From Deltaproteobacteria bacterium HGW-Deltaproteobacteria-22 (GTDB lineage Bacteria > Myxococcota_A > Polyangia > HGW-17): 64,000 nt of DNA. The stretch lies in NCBI GenBank assembly GCA_002841825.1, contig PHAZ01000003.1, positions 3,039 through 67,038 of the forward strand, written 5' to 3'. Below the pieces are notes generated by a model. It searched no databases, had not been told where the DNA came from, and saw only the letters and a list, made by a program, of their open reading frames with translations. Position numbers and translations under genes: made by a program. This document shows, piece by piece, positions 59,063 to 64,000 of the stretch. The number at the start of each line of letters is the position of its first letter. Within the stretch, counting starts at the first letter, position 1.

Positions 59063-60043
59063 ATGAACTTCGAACAACCCGTGCTGCTCACCGGCGTCGC
59101 CGGCTTCATCGCCTCGCGCACCGCCCGTTTCCTGCTCGATGCCGGCGTTCAGGTGATCGGTGTGGACAACTGCAACGACTATTATGATGTGCGGCTCAAG
59201 CGCCGACGCCTGGAGGCGCTGATCGGACGGCCCGGCTTCACCTTCCACGAGCTCGACATCGAGAACCTGTCCGCGCTGAAGCTGGTCTTCGAGATCCATC
59301 GTCCCCGGTCGGTGCTCAACCTTGCTGCCCGGGCCGGTGTGGGCTACAGCCTGAAGAACCCGCACGTCTACCTGACCACCAACGCCAGCGGGACGCTGAA
59401 CCTGCTCGAGATGATGCGTGCCTTCGACGTGAAGAAGATGGTGCTCGCGAGCACCTCCTCTCTGTACGCGGGCCTGCCGATGCCCTTCTCGGAGTCGCTG
59501 CCGGTGAACACGCCGATCTCGCCGTATGCGGCGAGCAAGAAGGCCGCCGAGGTGATGGCATACTCCTATCACTTCCTGTTCGGGATGGACATCTCGATCG
59601 TGCGCTACTTCACCGTGTTCGGACCGGCCGGCCGGCCGGACATGAGCATCTACCGTTTCATCCAGTGGATCGAGCACGGGAGGAAGCTGGAACTGACCGG
59701 GGACGGCTCGCAGAGCCGGGATTTCACCTTCGTCGACGACATCGCCCGCGGTTCGATCGCCGCGCTGCGCCCGGTGGGATTTGAAGTGATCAACCTCGGG
59801 GGCGGCCGCAATCCGCGCACGATGATGGACGTGATCCACCACATCGAAAACTCCCTCGGAAAGTCCGCTGACATCCATCACCTGCCGATGCCCCCCGAAG
59901 ACATGCAGGCGACCTGGGCCGACATCGACAAGGCCGGCCGCCTGCTGGACTGGACCCCGGAAATCTCCCTCGAGGAGGGCCTGGACCGCACCATCGCCTG
60001 GCATCTTGAGAACCGTGAGTTTCTCGCGGGGCTCCGGATGTGA
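59063..60043 (+). CDS. NAD-dependent epimerase/dehydratase (UDP-glucuronate 4-epimerase-like)
   Basis: Track ORF 58937..60043. ATG 59063 gives MNFEQPVLLTGVAGFIASR (Rossmann). NCNDYYDVRLKRRRL, SSLYA, YAASKKA (YxxxK), RYFTVFGPAGRPDM. Confidence 0.8.
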   Translation: MNFEQPVLLTGVAGFIASRTARFLLDAGVQVIGVDNCNDYYDVRLKRRRLEALIGRPGFTFHELDIENLSALKLVFEIHRPRSVLNLAARAGVGYSLKNPHVYLTTNASGTLNLLEMMRAFDVKKMVLASTSSLYAGLPMPFSESLPVNTPISPYAASKKAAEVMAYSYHFLFGMDISIVRYFTVFGPAGRPDMSIYRFIQWIEHGRKLELTGDGSQSRDFTFVDDIARGSIAALRPVGFEVINLGGGRNPRTMMDVIHHIENSLGKSADIHHLPMPPEDMQATWADIDKAGRLLDWTPEISLEEGLDRTIAWHLENREFLAGLRM

Positions 60044-60058
60044 CGGCGGTCAGGCACG

Positions 60059-61570
60059 ATGAACACGAACCCTCCTGTCAGACCCGGCCCTTCGGATATT
60101 CCCGCCGAGATTCTGCGTGCGGCCCGGCTCGCGCCACTGCCGGTGTATCTGCGCGAGCTCTTCGGACGGCTTCCCGAAAGCCTCGAACTGACTGCCGAGC
60201 TGGGCAGCCTGGACGGTCCCCTCCCGCTGGCGGCCCGGCAGTTGCTCAAACTGTCGCTGTTCTCGGATCAACTGCACCTGCGTGCGGCGCGTCTGGTCGA
60301 CGGGATGGGTCTCCGTCTGGTCGTCTCACGCGGCATGAGGACATGGACGCCAGGAGACGGGGAGCTCACCCAGGGCATTGAATGCGTGGTGCAGGGCATC
60401 CTCGGAGCGCTTTTGTCCGTCACCGAATCGAGCTTGCTGCTGAGCCGCTTCGCCTTTCAGTCGTCGAACCTCGCGACGCTGAGCACCATCACCCGGTTCA
60501 TGCTCCGGTCCACCGACGAGGATCAGGCGATGCATGTGCTGTTGTCCGGCATCACGTCGGGATACTCACTGGGCTTCAACCGCGCCGCGCTCTTCGTATG
60601 GGACGAGGTCACGCAGCGCTTCGCCGGTTCCAAGGGCATCGGTCCCTTCGACGACACCGAGGCGCACCGCATATGGGAGGCCATCGAGATCGAGGACAAG
60701 GACATCGATGCGCTCATCCGCGACTACGACCGGCGTAACTTCGACACGCGCTTCCAGCAGCTGGTGCAGTCGATCACGCTCACCCCCGGGCCCGACGACG
60801 AAATCTGGCAGGCCCTTGGAGCGGACGGGCCGTTGCTGGTACGCCGGCCACGGGCGATCAATGAGGATCTGGCACGCCTGGACGTCCGTGACGAGTACGT
60901 CCTGGCCGTGCTCCGGCCGCATGGACGGATCCTGGGACTTGTCCTGGCCGACAACCGTCACAACCGGCTCCCGGTCTCCACCGACCAGTTCAGTCATTTC
61001 TCCTTCTTCATCGACCAGACCGCGCTCGTCTGGGAGAACCTCGCGCTGTTGCGGCGTGTCGAGGAGCTCGCCCGCGTGGACGGCCTCACGGGCACGCTCA
61101 ACCGCAGGGAGCTCGAGACCCGCCTCCGGACCGAACTGGCCCGCTGCCAGCGGCACGGACGACCCTGTTCGCTGATGATCGCCGATCTCGATTTCTTCAA
61201 GCAGGTCAACGACAGTGGTGGTCACGAGGCCGGGGACGAGGTCCTGCGACGGTTCGGCCGCCTGCTTCGCGACACCATGCGCGCCGACGACGTGGTGGGG
61301 CGTTACGGCGGGGACGAGTTCGTCGTGGTGCTGCCCGAGACCGGTCCGGACCAGCTGGGCAATTGTGCGATTCGCCTGGGCAATCTGGCAGCCGGCGCCG
61401 GCATCTCCCTGAGCATCGGAGGCGCCACCTGGCCAGCGGACTGCGCCGATCCCACAGGACTCGTCGGCGTCTCCGACGCCTGCCTCTATCAGGCCAAGCG
61501 CCAGGGACGGGGCCGGGCGTGCATCCCGGGCCGCGAGGCGGTCCCCTTCGACCCGATCAGCAAGGCGTGA
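60059..61570 (+). CDS. GAF-like sensor diguanylate cyclase (GGDEF) with I-site
   Basis: 503 aa. C-terminal GGDEF domain: DGLTGTLNRR...IADLDFFKQVND..GH.AGDEVL...RADDVVGRYGGDEF. RADD sits 5 residues before GGDEF, i.e. an RxxD I-site. Confidence 0.85.
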   Translation: MNTNPPVRPGPSDIPAEILRAARLAPLPVYLRELFGRLPESLELTAELGSLDGPLPLAARQLLKLSLFSDQLHLRAARLVDGMGLRLVVSRGMRTWTPGDGELTQGIECVVQGILGALLSVTESSLLLSRFAFQSSNLATLSTITRFMLRSTDEDQAMHVLLSGITSGYSLGFNRAALFVWDEVTQRFAGSKGIGPFDDTEAHRIWEAIEIEDKDIDALIRDYDRRNFDTRFQQLVQSITLTPGPDDEIWQALGADGPLLVRRPRAINEDLARLDVRDEYVLAVLRPHGRILGLVLADNRHNRLPVSTDQFSHFSFFIDQTALVWENLALLRRVEELARVDGLTGTLNRRELETRLRTELARCQRHGRPCSLMIADLDFFKQVNDSGGHEAGDEVLRRFGRLLRDTMRADDVVGRYGGDEFVVVLPETGPDQLGNCAIRLGNLAAGAGISLSIGGATWPADCADPTGLVGVSDACLYQAKRQGRGRACIPGREAVPFDPISKA

Positions 61571-61587
61571 AGCCGCCCGAGGCCCTG

Positions 61588-62145
61588 ATGTCCCCAGCGA
61601 TCCTCCTGACCCAGCTCCTGCCTTTGCTCGTGTTCCTGGTCGTCGACGCATTCGTGACCGACGTGCGGATCTCCATCCTGGCGGCCATCGTCTTCGCTGC
61701 AGGGCAGCTGGGGCTCAGTTGGCGCCGCACCCGGAAGATCGACTGGTTCGTCCTGCTCGACGTCGGTCTCATCGTCGCTCTCGGCGCGGTGTCGATCCTC
61801 TTCGAGGACGAACTTCTCTTCAAATTGAAGCCGGCCATTCTCGAAGGGCTCGCCGTGCTCCTGCTGGTCGCCCTGATCCTGGCCCCCGATCGGTTCCTGC
61901 TTTCGTACTTCGGCCGCCTGCTGCCCGCCGGCACCCTCGGCACGGAGGCGCTCGGACGGCTCAGGACGATGTTCGTGGCGATGTGCCTGCTCGTCTCCCT
62001 GCACGCCGTCGCGGTGATCATCTGCGCGCTGGCCGCCTCGAGACGGATCTGGGCCCTGGTGTCGGGCCCGGGTTTCTATCTGGTTTTTCTCCCCTTTCTG
62101 GCGGCCGGGCTCCTTCGCTATCTCAGGGCCCGGCGGCGCATTTGA
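61588..62145 (+). CDS. Polytopic inner-membrane protein, YciB/IspZ (septation protein A)-like
   Basis: Track ORF 61363..62145. ATG 61588 gives MSPAILLTQLLPLLVFLVVDAF. About five TM helices, with size and N-terminal pattern resembling YciB. Confidence 0.5.
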   Translation: MSPAILLTQLLPLLVFLVVDAFVTDVRISILAAIVFAAGQLGLSWRRTRKIDWFVLLDVGLIVALGAVSILFEDELLFKLKPAILEGLAVLLLVALILAPDRFLLSYFGRLLPAGTLGTEALGRLRTMFVAMCLLVSLHAVAVIICALAASRRIWALVSGPGFYLVFLPFLAAGLLRYLRARRRI

Positions 62146-62193
62146 CTTTCGGTCCATCCACTGGGATACTTGCATCGGACCGAGGAAGCCGCC

Positions 62194-63414
62194 ATGAACG
62201 CCAAAGACACATCCCTCCAACTTCGCAACGCCATGATCGTGAGCCTGCTGCTTGCCGTCATGACAGGCTGCGCGGGCTCGAAATCGGGTAGCCCGGTGTG
62301 CGGAAACAGTTGGCTTGACGACGGGGAGGAATGTGACACGGTCGACCTGGCCGGGCAGACCTGCGCGTCTCGCGGTTTTTCCGGTGGAACCCTGGCCTGC
62401 GCAGCAGATTGCACCTTCGACACCACGTCCTGCCTGCAGGGAAGCTGCGGGGACGGTGTCATCGGGGGGACCGAGCTCTGCGACGGCGCGGCCCTGGGCG
62501 GACAGAACTGCCGCCTGCTCGGTTTTTCCGGCGGCACGCTGGCCTGCAGCGCCGGGTGCACCTACGACACCGCCGGCTGCACTTCCTCGGGTTGCGGCAA
62601 CGGAATCATCGAGGCACCCGAGGTTTGCGACGGGTCCGAACTGGATGGACAGACCTGCGCCAGCCAGGGCTTCGACGGCGGCACGCTGGCCTGCGTCTTG
62701 GCCTGCGACGCCTTCGACACCTCGGGTTGTCACGCCTGCGGAGACGGGGCGATCAACGGCACCGAGTTGTGCGACGGAGCCGAGGTGGGGGGGCAGACCT
62801 GCACCAGCCTGGGCTTTTCCGGCGGGACTCTGGCCTGCGCGATCTCCTGCGGATCCTACGACACCGCCGGCTGCACCACCTGCGGCAACAACGCCAGGGA
62901 GGGCTCCGAGATCTGTGACGGCGCCGATCTGGGCGGGCAGACCTGCACCAGCCAGGGTTTTTCCGGCGGCACGCTGGCCTGTGCCGGCAACTGCGGCGCC
63001 CTGGACACCTCCGGTTGCTCCAATTGCGCCGGAACGATCCTGCGTTCGAACTGGAACGGCTACGACTACTGGAAGGTCCCCGTCGCCGGCGCGATGTCCG
63101 ATGCCAACGTGGCGGCAGCCTGCACGGGATGCGGCATGTCGGCGCCGTGCAGCGGTCCGTCCGGCTGCCAGTACAACGACGGCCTATGTCTCCAGACACA
63201 GAACGAGACCTCCTGCGGGAACCCGATGCTGGACCTCTCCAGCATCCTTTGCGGTTCTGCTCCATCATCATGTGCTGCTCTCTATGGTATTTATCAATAC
63301 ATGGGCTATACGTGGCTTTCCGGGAGCGCCTGTGGTGCGGAGAACGGCGAATGGTGTGCCGACGGAAATACCTACAGCGGCCGCTTTGCCCTCTGTGTGA
63401 TCGCCGCATATTGA
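62194..63414 (+). CDS. Lipoprotein with five Myxococcus-type cysteine-rich repeats and a Cys-rich C-terminal domain
   Basis: Track ORF 62170..63414. ATG 62194 gives MNAKDTSLQLRNAMIVSLLLAVMTGC (lipobox). Five 46-49-aa units: CG[DN]G...E.CDG..L.GQ.C.S.GF.GGTLAC...C...DT.GC. Confidence 0.8.
   Translation: MNAKDTSLQLRNAMIVSLLLAVMTGCAGSKSGSPVCGNSWLDDGEECDTVDLAGQTCASRGFSGGTLACAADCTFDTTSCLQGSCGDGVIGGTELCDGAALGGQNCRLLGFSGGTLACSAGCTYDTAGCTSSGCGNGIIEAPEVCDGSELDGQTCASQGFDGGTLACVLACDAFDTSGCHACGDGAINGTELCDGAEVGGQTCTSLGFSGGTLACAISCGSYDTAGCTTCGNNAREGSEICDGADLGGQTCTSQGFSGGTLACAGNCGALDTSGCSNCAGTILRSNWNGYDYWKVPVAGAMSDANVAAACTGCGMSAPCSGPSGCQYNDGLCLQTQNETSCGNPMLDLSSILCGSAPSSCAALYGIYQYMGYTWLSGSACGAENGEWCADGNTYSGRFALCVIAAY
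62299..63018 (+). repeat. Five in-frame tandem repeats of about 144 bp
   Basis: Counted from the translation: units of 49+49+48+48+46 aa = 240 aa = 720 nt. The DNA blocks are clearly similar (e.g. GGCGGCACGCTGGCCTGC recurs). Confidence 0.85.
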
Positions 63415-63559
63415 ACACCGGGATCCGTCATTGATGAGGTCCAAATCAGAATATTGAACTGCCCTTTGCGATCGTGCGTGAATTCGATTATAGTTACTTG
63501 TTCGACAAGCATCCCTGAAATCCGTTCCCGTAGTGGATGACTGTCAAACGGATAACACC

Positions 63560-64000
63560 ATGTCCGATCGGAAAAAGGATCCCTTGCTGGAAGCCTGCAT
63601 CGGCGACTATCAACTCACCCAGAAGCTCGGTTCAGGATCCCTTGGCACGACCTACCTTGCCCGCTCGCGTGAAGGGGGCCGTCGCATGGTGGTCAAGGTC
63701 ATGGCCGAACACGTCATCAAGGACACGGGCACGCCCGAGCGCTATCTGCAGCGGACGCGGTCGATCCAGCACCTGAAGCATCCCAATGTTGTCGAGTTGC
63801 TCGATTTTGATCAACTGGAGTCCGGTGAGTTCTACCTGTCCATGGAACACCTGGAGGGGGAGCCCTTTTCGATGCGCATGCAGCGGAAAAAGATTCGCCT
63901 CGCCGAGATGACGACCCTGCTTGAGCAGGTGTGCGATGTCTTGACACGTGGCCACTCCCGCAAGATCATCCATCGGAATCTCAAGCCTTCCAACATCTAT
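63560..64000 (+). CDS. Ser/Thr protein kinase-like protein, N-terminal part (partial; runs off the window end)
   Basis: Not in the ORF track because it has no stop. ATG 63560 gives MSDRKKDPLLEACIGDYQLTQKLGSGSLGTTYLARSREGGRRMVVKV...HPNVVELLDF...FYLSMEHLEGEPF...IIHRNLKPSNIY. The Gly loop and VxK lysine are present. The catalytic loop reads HRN instead of HRD. Confidence 0.8.
   Translation, partial: MSDRKKDPLLEACIGDYQLTQKLGSGSLGTTYLARSREGGRRMVVKVMAEHVIKDTGTPERYLQRTRSIQHLKHPNVVELLDFDQLESGEFYLSMEHLEGEPFSMRMQRKKIRLAEMTTLLEQVCDVLTRGHSRKIIHRNLKPSNIY

Overview
High-GC bacterial chromosome segment (G+C looks like roughly two-thirds by eye; not computed). It has hallmarks of a Myxococcota/Bradymonadia-type lineage: GC-TM-RRR (MYXO-CTERM-like) tails, Myxococcus-type cysteine-rich repeats, a FrzS/AglZ-like atypical-receiver coiled-coil protein, DUF4388, WG repeats and many lipobox proteins. 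I can support about 52 protein genes, one frameshifted pseudogene, one gene relic and several tandem repeats. I saw no rRNA, tRNA, CRISPR array, transposase or integrase. The core-like content is a tolQ/exbD pair (8.8-10 kb), a UvrA paralogue with an 8-oxoguanine-deaminase-family amidohydrolase and a Zn-ribbon NUDIX (10-15 kb), pilC with a PilS-like kinase (19.5-22.3 kb), pepD, and the block mraY, phosphohexomutase, xth, murI, rseP, tsaB, epimerase, GAF-GGDEF (50-62 kb). The unusual content is extracytoplasmic. My top candidate for an undescribed system is a translationally coupled four-gene operon (43.4-49.8 kb) encoding a TolB-like propeller lipoprotein, an M23 endopeptidase, and two integrin-like FG-GAP/IPT lipoproteins, one carrying TSP3 repeats and an EPN-type C-type lectin domain. 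Other notable items are an IPT/TIG plus IgGFc-binding-like lipoprotein pair just downstream of the FrzS-like gene, whose coiled coil carries a strict 11-residue histidine periodicity; a 21-bp x10 intergenic tandem array; a 0.5-kb lower-GC non-coding island; three secreted enzymes sharing a C-x-C-R/TM/RRR tail; and several catalytically degenerate domains (Cys-less redoxin, degenerate M23, HRN kinase). Two real genes touch the window edges and are missing from the ORF track: a TPR protein (1..1894, minus) and a kinase-like gene (63560..64000, plus). Many long ORFs in the track are antisense shadows typical of high-GC DNA. All family calls come from reading motifs by eye; no searches were run.
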